From Desulfatiglandales bacterium (GTDB lineage Bacteria; Desulfobacterota; DSM-4660; Desulfatiglandales; HGW-15): a stretch of DNA of 64,000 bases. Position numbers and translations under genes: made by a program. The notes beneath the pieces were generated by a model. That model was not told where the DNA came from and searched no databases. It saw only the letters and a program-made list of their open reading frames with translations. The stretch lies in assembly GCA_963667015.2 (NCBI GenBank), contig CAXXJJ010000001.1:2048001-2112000 (forward strand). Direction: 5' to 3'. Shown piece after piece: positions 1 through 10,202 of this stretch. Within the stretch, counting starts at the first letter, position 1. Every line of letters begins with the position of its first letter.

Positions 1-1104
1 CATCAGGATATAGGCGCCGATATCCTTTTTTGTGTACCCGGCGCTGGTCAGATTTTTTACAGCTGCTTCAAAATCTCCCATGGACACCTTTTTATCCAGA
101 TCCCTGTGCATATCCATGTCCGACGTTTCAAGCCCCAGCCTGATTGTCCTGAATCCCGAAGAATAGAGCAGGCGGGCAATTGCCGGTGATATTTCTCTTA
201 CATGAAGCGCGTTGGGTGTATGGAACCGGATGTTTATGCCTTTTGATTTCAGTTTTTCAAGGATAGGAACTATATGTTTTTCAGAGTTGATAAGCAGGGC
301 GTCATCATAAAAGGCAAAATCTTCCACTTTATAATTATTGTGCCAGTGCTCTATTTCATCGATAACCGCTTCTGGATCTCGTCTTTTAAATACCGGATAT
401 AAAAAACTGCTTGCACAGTATTTGCACCTGTAGGGGCATCCGGTTGATGTGAGCAAGCTCACATAATCTATCCTGGGGTATGTATCGAATGCAGGGTAAA
501 ATCCATTATCGTTATCTGATGATAAGGCATGCTCTGATTTTACAGGGATATTAAAATCCGCCAGGATATCGGATAAAGCTGAAATATTATCCAGGGTTAT
601 TTCATCTGCCACATAATACGCCCCTGAAAAATTTACTGCATGATCCCTGCATAGCCTGGCGTATATCCCTCCAAGGATAACAGGTACACCAGGGTGTATT
701 TTTTTTGCAATCGCTATTGCGTCAACTACTCCGGGATACCAGTAGGTCATAAGTGATGTTACAAGTATTGCAGAAGGTCTTTTTATCTTTTTTAACTGAG
801 ACGTAAAAACATCAGGATGAATGCCGTATCTGCTGTATGTCCTCGGGAAGTGCCTGACAGAATGAGGTTTTTCAATTTCTTCCCTGAAATATTTCCCTGT
901 TCCATATCTTCGTGAAGCCGGCTTTTTTGTGGAAAGGCTGTTCAGCATTTCCGTATTATTTTTATCCATGCAATCGATTACATGCACGGATAAACCACTG
1001 CTGCGGAGATAGCCTGCAATGTACAGGAGTCCGAGGGGTTTTGACCATAGATCATAGGCCGCAAAATCATATATCCATGGATTAATAAGTATGACTGAGT
1101 CCAT
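1..1104 (-). CDS. B12-binding domain radical SAM protein (3' end runs off window)
   Basis: Not in ORF track. Read manually from the reverse-strand ATG at 1104: MDSVILINPWIYDFAAYDLWSKPLGLLYIAGYLR..., with CxxxCxxC motif GCPYRCKYCAS near 410-442. Confidence 0.85.
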   Translation of the reverse strand, partial: MDSVILINPWIYDFAAYDLWSKPLGLLYIAGYLRSSGLSVHVIDCMDKNNTEMLNSLSTKKPASRRYGTGKYFREEIEKPHSVRHFPRTYSRYGIHPDVFTSQLKKIKRPSAILVTSLMTYWYPGVVDAIAIAKKIHPGVPVILGGIYARLCRDHAVNFSGAYYVADEITLDNISALSDILADFNIPVKSEHALSSDNDNGFYPAFDTYPRIDYVSLLTSTGCPYRCKYCASSFLYPVFKRRDPEAVIDEIEHWHNNYKVEDFAFYDDALLINSEKHIVPILEKLKSKGINIRFHTPNALHVREISPAIARLLYSSGFRTIRLGLETSDMDMHRDLDKKVSMGDFEAAVKNLTSAGYTKKDIGAYILM

Positions 1105-1181
1105 CAATAAAACCTTTTTCTTGAAAATAATCATGCAAGATATTAGGTTTACCTCAAATAATCAAGGAGTCAGTAATAATT

Positions 1182-1631
1182 ATGAGAGCTGTTGTGCAAA
1201 GGGTAAAAGAGGCAAGGGTATCCATCGAGGGGGAGGTTGTTGGTGAAATCTCAAAGGGCCTGTTGATTTTTTTAGGTGTCGGCGAAAATGATACTGAAAA
1301 AGAATGCGAATACATGGCCGGCAAAATTATCAACCTGAGGATATTCCCTGATGAAAATGACCTTATGAATCTCTCATTGCTGGACATAAAGGGTGCGGCA
1401 CTGGTGGTGTCTCAGTTTACCCTGTGGGGTGACTGCCGGAAGGGAAGAAGACCTTCCTTTATTGATGCCGCAAGACCTGAAAAGGCAAATAAGCTGTATG
1501 AGCATTTTATTTCACTGGTAAAAGATCGGGGTGTTGCCGTGGCAACAGGCCGATTCCAGGAGATGATGGATGTTCACCTGGTCAATGATGGACCGGTTAC
1601 AATACTGATTGACAGCTCCAGGAATTCTTAA
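1182..1631 (+). CDS. dtd: D-aminoacyl-tRNA deacylase
   Basis: MRAVVQRV N-terminus, SQFTL motif, NDGPVT C-terminus. Confidence 0.97.
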   Translation: MRAVVQRVKEARVSIEGEVVGEISKGLLIFLGVGENDTEKECEYMAGKIINLRIFPDENDLMNLSLLDIKGAALVVSQFTLWGDCRKGRRPSFIDAARPEKANKLYEHFISLVKDRGVAVATGRFQEMMDVHLVNDGPVTILIDSSRNS

Positions 1632-1635
1632 GTTA

Positions 1636-4053
1636 CTATTTCTCAGTCATCCTGAAAACTCCGTCCCATTTTTCACCGGGCGAAACAGGCGGATTTACTA
1701 GGTACTCCTCGCATCTTTTTATATAGATCCCTGAAGGAGTAGTTTTATATTCAGGAAATCTCTCAAATTTAAGGGCTTCCCTGAAGCATTCCAGTGCCGC
1801 CTCCCAGCGCATTCTCCGGTAATACTGCATACCCTGATCGAACAGGTTAAAGAGCTCTTTTTCATGCTCTGTAAGTCCGCCTTTCATTGCGCACAGTTCA
1901 TATATTTTTACCGGTTCGGATTTTCCGACCACCGCAACATTATCTATAAAACGGGCTTCCACGTGATTGAAGGCCCTGTCTTTTTCTCCCTGTTCATTAA
2001 TATATTCCATATTAAGGGTATATTCACTTACAGCAGTGTATATGCCGTACTGCTTAGCCCCTGCTTCAAGCCGGGCAGCCAGATTTACAGCATCACCCAT
2101 CATTGTATAGTTCATGCGCATTCTGCTTCCCATGTTGCCAACTACGATTTCTCCGCTGTTTATACCTATGCGCATCATCATGTTATGTACGACCTTTGGC
2201 CACTTATCTCCTGGTACCCATTCCTTTGGTGAAACATTTTTGATGTTTCTGCCCGGCTGCTGCTTTTCTGCCTGCCATTTTTTTCTCAGGTCAAGCAGTT
2301 CCCCCTGCATGTCAATTGCAACCCTGCAGGCGCGTAGCGGGTGATCGGGGATATTCATGGGCGCTCCCATAAAGGCAATGATCGCATCACCTTCATATTT
2401 ATCAAGGGTTCCCTTCTGTTCCAGCAGGATGTCTGTCATGGCAGAAAGGTATTCATTCAAGAGTTCGACAAGTTGAGGGGCGGTCAGCATTTCGGAAAGG
2501 ATCGAAAAATCCTTAATATCGCTAAAGTATGCGGTTATGACCCTTGCTTCACCGCCCAGCTCGGGCATGGTCTCGCTTGAGACCATGTCGTTGATAAGTT
2601 CCGGTGAAAGATAACTTGAAAAGGTTGACTGGAGAAACCGCTTGTTTTTTTCTTCGATAAGAAAATGATATGCTGTCAAAGATGAATATAAAAGAACTGC
2701 TCCCATGATGGGATATACCATGTTGACCCATAATCCATATTCTGAAAATAACCACAGGCAGGCGAATATATAAAGTATAATTATCGATGCGGTAGCGACC
2801 AAACTTGTTACAACTCCTGATCTTGGCAGAATGAACGCTACAATTAATCCCAGAATTATAACTGCCAGATAATCACTTGGCGGTATAGTTACCTTGTTTT
2901 TTTTAATAAAATCCTGATTAATTATGTTTTCGATCACCGAGGCATGCACCTCAAGCCCTGGCTGGCCAGAGTCAAACGGTGTGTTCCTTAAATCATGAAC
3001 TCCCTGTGCAGTGGAACCTACAATGACAATTTTATCTTTAAAGGTGCCTTTAGGTAGCTTTCCCTGGAGAATATCTGTGACCGAATGTTGCGGAATTGAC
3101 CCTGCCTTTCCGTAATAATTTATAAGCAGACCTCCCTTTTCATCGGTTGGTATAAATATTTTTCCAATATCTACTCCCCAGATCCCATAATCTTTTTCAA
3201 TATGCAGTATAAGGGACGGACAGTCCAGATATTGCCATGCGCATTGAAGAGAAAATGCTGTAAATGCAAAATCTTCATCCTTATGCCTGGCAGCCAGCGG
3301 CATCCTGCGGATAATACCATCTTCATCCTGAGGGAGGTCTATATATCCTGAACCGGCAGCATGTTCGGTGAGAATATCAAGGTTTACCTCGGGTACATAG
3401 GGATTATAAATATAGGCATCCGCAAAGGCATCATAATTGTCTCCAGGACGAACATCGGAATCTATCATGGAATACATTGAATTTTCTATACTTTTCAGCC
3501 TCTTCTTAAGCTCCTCCGGACTTATCCTGTATCCCAGTTCGGCCTCACTGTCATGCCAGAAGTATGGCATTACCACCTTTGCCTTTGAATTTTTTATGGC
3601 ATTTGCAAATATCGTGTCATTGTCTGCCAGCTGTTTTTTTTCTTCCAGGTATTCGTCAATTCTTTTATCTCTTACATTCAGCTCCCCGAGTTTTTTCCCT
3701 ACCTGATCTATAATTTCGAGGTTGATATTTTTATCCGGCTCGGTAAAGAAGACATCCATTCCTATTACCTTTGCACCGTCATCCGAAAGCCTGCTGACAA
3801 GTTCAGCCATCTTTCTCCGGGGCCAGGGCCACATGCCTTCTCTGTCAAGGCTTTTTTCGTCTATTACTGCAGCAATAACTTTTCCTGAAGTTTCTCTTTT
3901 ACCCCGCCACTTGAGCCGCTGATCATAGGTTTTAAGTTCAAAGAGGTTAAAAATCTCAATCCCATAAAAGAGCATGGAAAGAATAAGCAGTATTACAAAC
4001 GTGGAAATAGAGACCGGATTAAAGGAAAGGAAGGACCTGAAAATTTTTTTCAT
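1636..4053 (-). CDS. CHASE2-domain class III adenylate/guanylate cyclase
   Basis: IDEKSL...WPWPR CHASE2 start, three TM helices, FSDIKDFS, LDKYEGDAI, RIGINSGEIVVGNMGS, YTMMGDAVNLAARLE; TPR-like C-terminal helix. Confidence 0.92.
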   Translation of the reverse strand: MKKIFRSFLSFNPVSISTFVILLILSMLFYGIEIFNLFELKTYDQRLKWRGKRETSGKVIAAVIDEKSLDREGMWPWPRRKMAELVSRLSDDGAKVIGMDVFFTEPDKNINLEIIDQVGKKLGELNVRDKRIDEYLEEKKQLADNDTIFANAIKNSKAKVVMPYFWHDSEAELGYRISPEELKKRLKSIENSMYSMIDSDVRPGDNYDAFADAYIYNPYVPEVNLDILTEHAAGSGYIDLPQDEDGIIRRMPLAARHKDEDFAFTAFSLQCAWQYLDCPSLILHIEKDYGIWGVDIGKIFIPTDEKGGLLINYYGKAGSIPQHSVTDILQGKLPKGTFKDKIVIVGSTAQGVHDLRNTPFDSGQPGLEVHASVIENIINQDFIKKNKVTIPPSDYLAVIILGLIVAFILPRSGVVTSLVATASIIILYIFACLWLFSEYGLWVNMVYPIMGAVLLYSSLTAYHFLIEEKNKRFLQSTFSSYLSPELINDMVSSETMPELGGEARVITAYFSDIKDFSILSEMLTAPQLVELLNEYLSAMTDILLEQKGTLDKYEGDAIIAFMGAPMNIPDHPLRACRVAIDMQGELLDLRKKWQAEKQQPGRNIKNVSPKEWVPGDKWPKVVHNMMMRIGINSGEIVVGNMGSRMRMNYTMMGDAVNLAARLEAGAKQYGIYTAVSEYTLNMEYINEQGEKDRAFNHVEARFIDNVAVVGKSEPVKIYELCAMKGGLTEHEKELFNLFDQGMQYYRRMRWEAALECFREALKFERFPEYKTTPSGIYIKRCEEYLVNPPVSPGEKWDGVFRMTEK

Positions 4054-4240
4054 AATTATCTCTTTATAAGTTTTGATAAAATATTATAGCTAGAGGCGAA
4101 ATAAATCAAGCAGGTGTTTATGGATGATTTATTACGGATAGTGAACAGGGTAGATCCTTCAACCTGTAACAATTATACAAAAAATAACATTTTTACGATG
4201 AGTGGTTGTTTAAATTGAGTATGTAATTTGTTGCCAGTAA

Positions 4241-4258
4241 TATGTAACATATTACATA
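4241..4258. promoter_or_regulatory. Palindromic candidate enhancer (bEBP) binding site
   Basis: TATGTAA-CATA-TTACATA perfect 7-4-7 palindrome ~100 bp upstream of a sigma54 motif. Confidence 0.55.
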
Positions 4259-4360
4259 TGAAATTGGTAATTAAATACATAGTATTGGCCGGGAATATTA
4301 TTGGGTGTATTAACTATTTGAAATTATTAAATATAAAAATGCGGTAATAAGATAAATTAT

Positions 4361-4376
4361 TGGTATGTAATTTGCT
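4361..4376 (+). promoter_or_regulatory. sigma54 (-24/-12) promoter of PEP-CTERM gene
   Basis: TGGTAT-GTAAT-TTGCT matches TGGCAC-N5-TTGCW with correct GG-N10-GC spacing. Confidence 0.7.
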
Positions 4377-4586
4377 AATATTAGTTAAAACACAAGTGGA
4401 AAAGCTGAATTCTTAGCGGATCCTGATAAAATTCCTTGCTGTATCTGTTTTCGATTTACCGATTTTTTACCAGAATATAAATAGTTTTAAATAAAGATTT
4501 TATACAGAAATTCTTTTTTGGGGATAGATGTTATTATTAAGTATTTTTTTATTAACAACCTTTTATAAGCGAAAAGGGGGAAACGT

Positions 4587-5288
4587 ATGAAAAAAATTAA
4601 AATTCTTTTTTTGAGCATGTTATTTTTAGTGCTCAGCGTGTCAATGGCTTCGGCAGATCCTTATCTTTTTGACTATGCTTTTAATGCTGATGGCGACTTT
4701 TACGGGTATGGCGATCCTCTTTCAGGTGATTTCGATGATAGTGCTTTCAATTGGGATACTGGTATCGGGACACTGACATGGACAACAGATACGGTTGGTG
4801 ACCATTATTTTTTAGCATTTTTTGATCATGAATTTACATGGGATGTGAACACATTTTATAATGAGGAAGGGTTTGCATTTAATTCACCCGAAGCAGGCCA
4901 GTCCTGGGAAATTGATGAGCCAGGATATTATAATGGCGATATTTATGAAAATTTCCAGGTTAATATGTTGGACAATGGAATTGGTACGAGCGTGTATGGT
5001 GATACTATTTTTCCAGACGATGTCTCTATGGCAATGGGATGGGATTTTTCATTAGCTGCAGATCAAACTGCTACCATATATTTGATGCTTGGTTTGCAGG
5101 ATCCAGGTGCTGGTTTTTATCTGCTGCAATATGATTCTTTCAGTGAAGAATCTCTATATTTCTCAAGTTCTCTTGATATCAGAGGTGGCGGTGAACCACC
5201 ACCGGTTCCGGAACCAGCTACCATGCTGCTTCTTGGAAGCGGCCTCGCCGGTTTATTCGGTTTCAGGAAGAGATTCGGGAAAAAATAG
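4587..5288 (+). CDS. PEP-CTERM sorting domain protein (acidic, secreted)
   Basis: Signal peptide; C-terminal VPEPATMLLLGSGLAGLFGFRKRFGKK. Confidence 0.93.
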   Translation: MKKIKILFLSMLFLVLSVSMASADPYLFDYAFNADGDFYGYGDPLSGDFDDSAFNWDTGIGTLTWTTDTVGDHYFLAFFDHEFTWDVNTFYNEEGFAFNSPEAGQSWEIDEPGYYNGDIYENFQVNMLDNGIGTSVYGDTIFPDDVSMAMGWDFSLAADQTATIYLMLGLQDPGAGFYLLQYDSFSEESLYFSSSLDIRGGGEPPPVPEPATMLLLGSGLAGLFGFRKRFGKK

Positions 5289-5432
5289 TCTCAAATGATA
5301 AGAAGGGTCGCCCCAGCTTTAACAGGTCTGACTGATCCTTCAATTTATAATTTCAGGGGGAGGTTTCCATATTCACCATAAAGATATATCTCTGGAATTC
5401 TTCCCGGAAAGAAGAAAATCATATGTTAATCC

Positions 5433-5482
5433 ACTGTAATGTCTATTAAATAATGATGTAATTATTTAATGGGCATTACAGT
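5433..5482 (+). terminator. 22-bp stem hairpin downstream of PEP-CTERM gene (terminator or processing/stabiliser stem)
   Basis: ACTGTAATGTCTATTAAATAAT-GATGTA-ATTATTTAATGGGCATTACAGT; the two mismatches are U.G pairs on the + strand. Confidence 0.5.
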
Positions 5483-5907
5483 ATTTGTCGTTGAATATTT
5501 ATCAACCCATTATCCAAATTATTAAGCTTCAATATTAACTTTTAAGTTTCTCTATTCTTTTTAACTAGCTGTCTTAGTTGTTTTATTAAAGTCTAAACCT
5601 GTTTTAAGCTCTAACTGTTGGGTATTTCTGAACCCGGTATTTCTGTAAAAGTAAATTAAAAAAATCAAATTATTAAATTGTCTTACTAAAAGGGGGTGGT
5701 TGATGAAATAATTGGGGATATTGCTCGGAAGATTAAAATATATCTTGGGGAAGAGATATGAATTATTGAAGTACTTTTTAAAATTTACAGATGTTTATTT
5801 ACAGAATTGAACTTAAAAATCTTATTTTAAATGACAGATTATCCATACGCAGGGGAAACGTATTCTGAATTGCCTGCTTCGGATGATTTCGAAGAAAGGG
5901 GATAGGA

Positions 5908-8838
5908 ATGAAAGGTGAAAAAAGATTTTTTTTAATTTCAGCAATGTTAATCATTGCCTTTTTCGCATTTGCTTCCATTGCGTCAGCAGCGGTAAGCAAT
6001 GTGCGAGCTATTTTATGGCAGGGTGACCCTGGCAAATATCATTCAACTATAGCCGCCGAAGACAGCGGAAGCAGTGATATAGGGGATATATGGAACACAT
6101 CATCAGACAATACACTACGTGTTAAAAAGAATAACTCGTACACATATACTGCCTGGGTACGGGCAGTAATTGATTGGGGTTCAACAACTGAAACAGTATG
6201 TATTTATGATTATGCCGGTGGATCCTGTTCTGAGGAAAATTTATGTACTGCCAGCTATAGTAGTAGTACATTCGATACGAGTGCGGCCACAGGCGCTGCT
6301 GATGTCCCGGTTTCTATTGAATATGAAGTGCTCGACACATGTTCCAGTGGAGACAGTTATGAGTTTTTTCTTAATGGAGTCAGGTTGGGTGGTGCTTTTG
6401 CAGACGGTGATACCTGTACCTGCACTCCGGGCATTGATGTGTTAATACCGGATCCAGATTTTGCTACTACTTCTGATGACGATACCAGTACATCACTAAG
6501 AGGAGTCATCAATACTACTGACACAACCTCAGTCTGGTATAAATGGGTCTATGGCGATGGAGAAGAATCGGACATAATAGAACTGAGCGGTTCAACAAAA
6601 TACAATATTGATAAAAAGCATAATTATGTTGGATCAGTCGGAACACCTTTTGTAGCTCAACTGGTAGTTTCTAATTCCAGTGATCTGTCGAGCCCTGTTT
6701 CAGATAATTACCGGGTGAGAATTGAAGAAGATAACCTTAATACAAGAGTAAATATAGCTATTGATAAAGGTCTCTGGTATCTTTATAAAAATAACTATAA
6801 CAGCAGCTACTTACATACGTTTAACGAATCACCGTTTATGGCCTGGTACCAATCAGGCTATGGTCCCTTTTATGCCTCACCAACTGCCTCAGCTATTCAG
6901 GCATTTGCTATTAATAACCATAAAATAAACGGCAATGCAAATGATGACCCCTATGTAGAAGCTGTTCAACTTGGAATGAATTGGCTTATGCAGGGATATT
7001 ATTCCAGCTCTTCATATCCCATGTTAAGAACACGTTCAACCAGCGTACTTTATAGTGGTGATAATGCTTTGGGAATTGAGGTCTGTGACTATGGGCGGCG
7101 TCCTATTTATCAAGGCGGGCAGATCATGGATGCCATAATCGCATCAGGAGTTCTTCCCTCTGATGACACAGGGCGTGATTTCAGCGGTCGTGGGACTACA
7201 TGGTCCTATGGCGAATTAATGCAGGATATGGCTGATATGTATTCAGAAGGTCAATATGACGGTTCTTCCGGCTCTTATGGTATTATTGGTGGATGGCGTT
7301 ATGAATGGGGTGACTTTCCAGATAACTCGGCCTGCCAATGGGCTGCTATCGGTATGATCCCTGCTCAGAAAGCACCGTGGAACGTTTATGTGCCGGATTG
7401 GGTCAAATCCAGAAATGAAAACTGGTTGGCATACAGCCATTATTCATGGACATCTGGGGCATTGAACTACGGCGGTTTTGGGTATACAGGTTCGGGTTAT
7501 GGATGGGGAACATCTCCTTCAGGTATGGTCCAAATGGCCTTTGATGGTCAGATTGGTTATGATGATCCATCAACCGGAGCTGACGATCGTGACGTGAAAT
7601 GGCAGCGTACTGAGCTATATTTTGCTGCTAACTGGGCCAGCTTTCTTTCATCCAACAACACATATGGTTGGTATGCATTTGCTAAAGCAATGAGGCTTGC
7701 TTTGCCAAGAGCTGTTGAGCGTCTTGTCTACAATAATCTTGATTGGTATAATGGTTCTGATGATATACAAGGTTTAGCCGAAAGGATTGTAGCCGTACAA
7801 CAAGGCGATGGAAGTTGGAGTGGAAATTATTCAGAATTACCGCTGACTACAGCATGGATGGTCATCACTCTGCGTCCGGCTATTTTTGCGGCAGCACCAA
7901 TCGCATGCTTTGAAGCAGATCCGAATCCATCCTATGCAGACAGGCCTATTACCTTTGATCCCTACTGCTCTGATCATTCAGACAGCGCTAAGAACCGAGA
8001 CAATATTGTCAGTTATGAATGGGATTTTGATGAAGACGGAATCTATGATATAACAACAACTGATCCCGAAAAGGTAACCCATACTTTTGCCTGTGCATCA
8101 ATTCCATGTACATATCCTGTTACGCTTAGAGTTACCGATGATAGTGATCCTGCTCTCACTGCAACATCTACCAGTGACATCAAGATCACAAATCCGCCTC
8201 ATCCTCCGGTCGCAAATGTTGGTGGGCCTTACATGGTTTCACTCTGTGACGGTGATACGCTTGGATTAAACGGTTCAGGATCATATGATCCCAATGACGG
8301 TGAACATGAAGCCGGTTGTATGACATGTCCGGACGACACATTGACCGCCTGGAATTGGGACATTACAGGTGCTCCGTTCACTTATACAGATGAAACCGGT
8401 GAAACGATTACTGTTGATCCGTCAACCTATTTCAGTTCGGGTGGCCTGTACAATATCGGATTAAAGGTGGTTGATAATACATCTGAATCCTTCCCTGCAA
8501 GCGGGAGTGCTGATCTTTATGATGAGGATTTTGGTACTGTAGCCGTATACGAAGCCTGTATATGTGATCTTACTGCAAGGGTAAAGGATAAAGTTGTACA
8601 GATTGTATGGACTGATACCGAAGGTGGAGTTTATGACATCTACCGCAGTACTGAGGGTCCGAATTCAGGTTTTGAGCTGATTGCAAATGATCATGCCACA
8701 ACATATGCTACATACCTGGATCTGGATGTGGTAAATGGTACAACTTACTACTACAGGGTTGTTCCAAGTGGTAATGAACAGAATTGCGGCTCAAATGTAG
8801 CCACTGGAACACCTACTGCTAGAGTCAGAAGAAGATAG
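5908..8838 (+). CDS. Secreted protein: PKD-like domain, prenyltransferase/squalene-cyclase-like (alpha/alpha) barrel, two PKD, FN3-like domain
   Basis: Signal peptide; AIDKGLWYL, GGWRYEW..DNSACQWA, GGFGY, QQGDGSW (QW-like); IVSYEWDFDEDG and PVANVGGPY PKD motifs; YDIYRS...YLD...YYYRV FN3-like end. Confidence 0.75.
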   Translation: MKGEKRFFLISAMLIIAFFAFASIASAAVSNVRAILWQGDPGKYHSTIAAEDSGSSDIGDIWNTSSDNTLRVKKNNSYTYTAWVRAVIDWGSTTETVCIYDYAGGSCSEENLCTASYSSSTFDTSAATGAADVPVSIEYEVLDTCSSGDSYEFFLNGVRLGGAFADGDTCTCTPGIDVLIPDPDFATTSDDDTSTSLRGVINTTDTTSVWYKWVYGDGEESDIIELSGSTKYNIDKKHNYVGSVGTPFVAQLVVSNSSDLSSPVSDNYRVRIEEDNLNTRVNIAIDKGLWYLYKNNYNSSYLHTFNESPFMAWYQSGYGPFYASPTASAIQAFAINNHKINGNANDDPYVEAVQLGMNWLMQGYYSSSSYPMLRTRSTSVLYSGDNALGIEVCDYGRRPIYQGGQIMDAIIASGVLPSDDTGRDFSGRGTTWSYGELMQDMADMYSEGQYDGSSGSYGIIGGWRYEWGDFPDNSACQWAAIGMIPAQKAPWNVYVPDWVKSRNENWLAYSHYSWTSGALNYGGFGYTGSGYGWGTSPSGMVQMAFDGQIGYDDPSTGADDRDVKWQRTELYFAANWASFLSSNNTYGWYAFAKAMRLALPRAVERLVYNNLDWYNGSDDIQGLAERIVAVQQGDGSWSGNYSELPLTTAWMVITLRPAIFAAAPIACFEADPNPSYADRPITFDPYCSDHSDSAKNRDNIVSYEWDFDEDGIYDITTTDPEKVTHTFACASIPCTYPVTLRVTDDSDPALTATSTSDIKITNPPHPPVANVGGPYMVSLCDGDTLGLNGSGSYDPNDGEHEAGCMTCPDDTLTAWNWDITGAPFTYTDETGETITVDPSTYFSSGGLYNIGLKVVDNTSESFPASGSADLYDEDFGTVAVYEACICDLTARVKDKVVQIVWTDTEGGVYDIYRSTEGPNSGFELIANDHATTYATYLDLDVVNGTTYYYRVVPSGNEQNCGSNVATGTPTARVRRR

Positions 8839-8887
8839 AAGAGACGGTTTTATAATGCAGTATCTTCTGTTTTTATAAACATTAAAC

Positions 8888-8926
8888 TATAACAGCCGGG
8901 GATGCATATTGTTCCCGGCTGTTATA
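8888..8926 (+). terminator. Intrinsic terminator-like hairpin
   Basis: TATAACAGCCGGG...CCCGGCTGTTATA 13-bp inverted repeat followed by AT-rich tract, 50 bp after stop. Confidence 0.7.
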
Positions 8927-9125
8927 ATTTATTTGAATACATTGTATGCCCATAATATTGACGGTAACAAAAATGGGCAACAGAAAATGATCTCTTTCAT
9001 GCCTTAAGATATAACTGGTATTCTCCGTTTTGGTATGAGATTTTGATTGACTTGAAAGCGATATAATCTCAACATATAAGGATAATAATAGTTCATATAT
9101 TAATTACTAATTAAAGGAATATCAT

Positions 9126-9923
9126 ATGTGCAGGTACTTCAAAAAAGTGAAAAAAAGCAATGATATCAATTTTTCAATATCAGTTTTAGTATTATTTATA
9201 GCTGTAATCATTGCTTTTACTGTAAGTGTTAATATTGTATGGGGATCCGGAGCAGTTGTAAAATTTCAGGAAGACAGGATAGATATAAAAGCCGAAAAAG
9301 TGCCGTTAATGGAAATAATGGTTGAAATAGCTAATAATACAGGATTGACTATAAGGACTGAAGATCCTCTGATAAATCCGGTATCTCTAAATTATAAATC
9401 CAATTCCATAGAGAAAAGCATAAAACGGTTACTGGCAGGCTATAACTATGCTATTGTATACAGTGAAATTGATAAAAGACCTGTACCCGTTGAATTAAAC
9501 ATATTCGGAAAAGGATCACTACGATTATTAAACAGTAAAAACGAAACTCCACAGCAGGCCCCCAAGCCCATGGATGAACACATGAAGAGATATTCCAATC
9601 AATGGTATGCTCAGCAGGTTCGTGATCCAAAAAAGTTACTAAAGGAAATATCAGTCGGGCAAGAGGGAAGAGAACCCGGTCAGCAAGGTATAGTTGTCAC
9701 AAAGCTTGAAAAAAAATCATTTTTTGATCAAATCGGTATCAGGGAAGGTGACAGGATAACCAATGTAGACGGTTATGAAATAAATTCGTCAAAAAAATTT
9801 ATTGAACGGCTTACTACCGCTAATAGAGAAACAAATATTATCAGGATAGAACGATTTAATAACGAAAACATTATAGATCCCATTTATATAGAACTGAATG
9901 GTAAAAAAAATCCAACTCCATAA
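9126..9923 (+). CDS. Membrane-anchored protein with STN-like domain and C-terminal PDZ (GspC-like PDZ)
   Basis: N-terminal TM; IDIKAEKVPLMEIMVEIA...IEKSIKRLLAGYNY (STN/N0-like); FFDQIGIREGDRITNVDG (PDZ). Confidence 0.6.
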   Translation: MCRYFKKVKKSNDINFSISVLVLFIAVIIAFTVSVNIVWGSGAVVKFQEDRIDIKAEKVPLMEIMVEIANNTGLTIRTEDPLINPVSLNYKSNSIEKSIKRLLAGYNYAIVYSEIDKRPVPVELNIFGKGSLRLLNSKNETPQQAPKPMDEHMKRYSNQWYAQQVRDPKKLLKEISVGQEGREPGQQGIVVTKLEKKSFFDQIGIREGDRITNVDGYEINSSKKFIERLTTANRETNIIRIERFNNENIIDPIYIELNGKKNPTP

Positions 9924-10202
9924 AATCTCGAGGCTTTGACAATATTACCCTTCCTGTATTCTTATGAACCAATCTGAATACAACTCAGGTGTAAATGAAA
10001 AAAGAATACAATATTTATTGAAAAGAAAGAATAAAATTAATTTATCTTGTCTGAAAACAGGTCATAGTGGTAATGTTTGTAAAATCAGATAGATATTTGA
10101 AATGATGATCTTAATGACTTTTAAAGTGCGTCGAAAAAAACCGCCTCAGTTGAATACACATATCAAAGACGGTTGAAAAATAATTGTTAGCAACGGAAAA
10201 CC

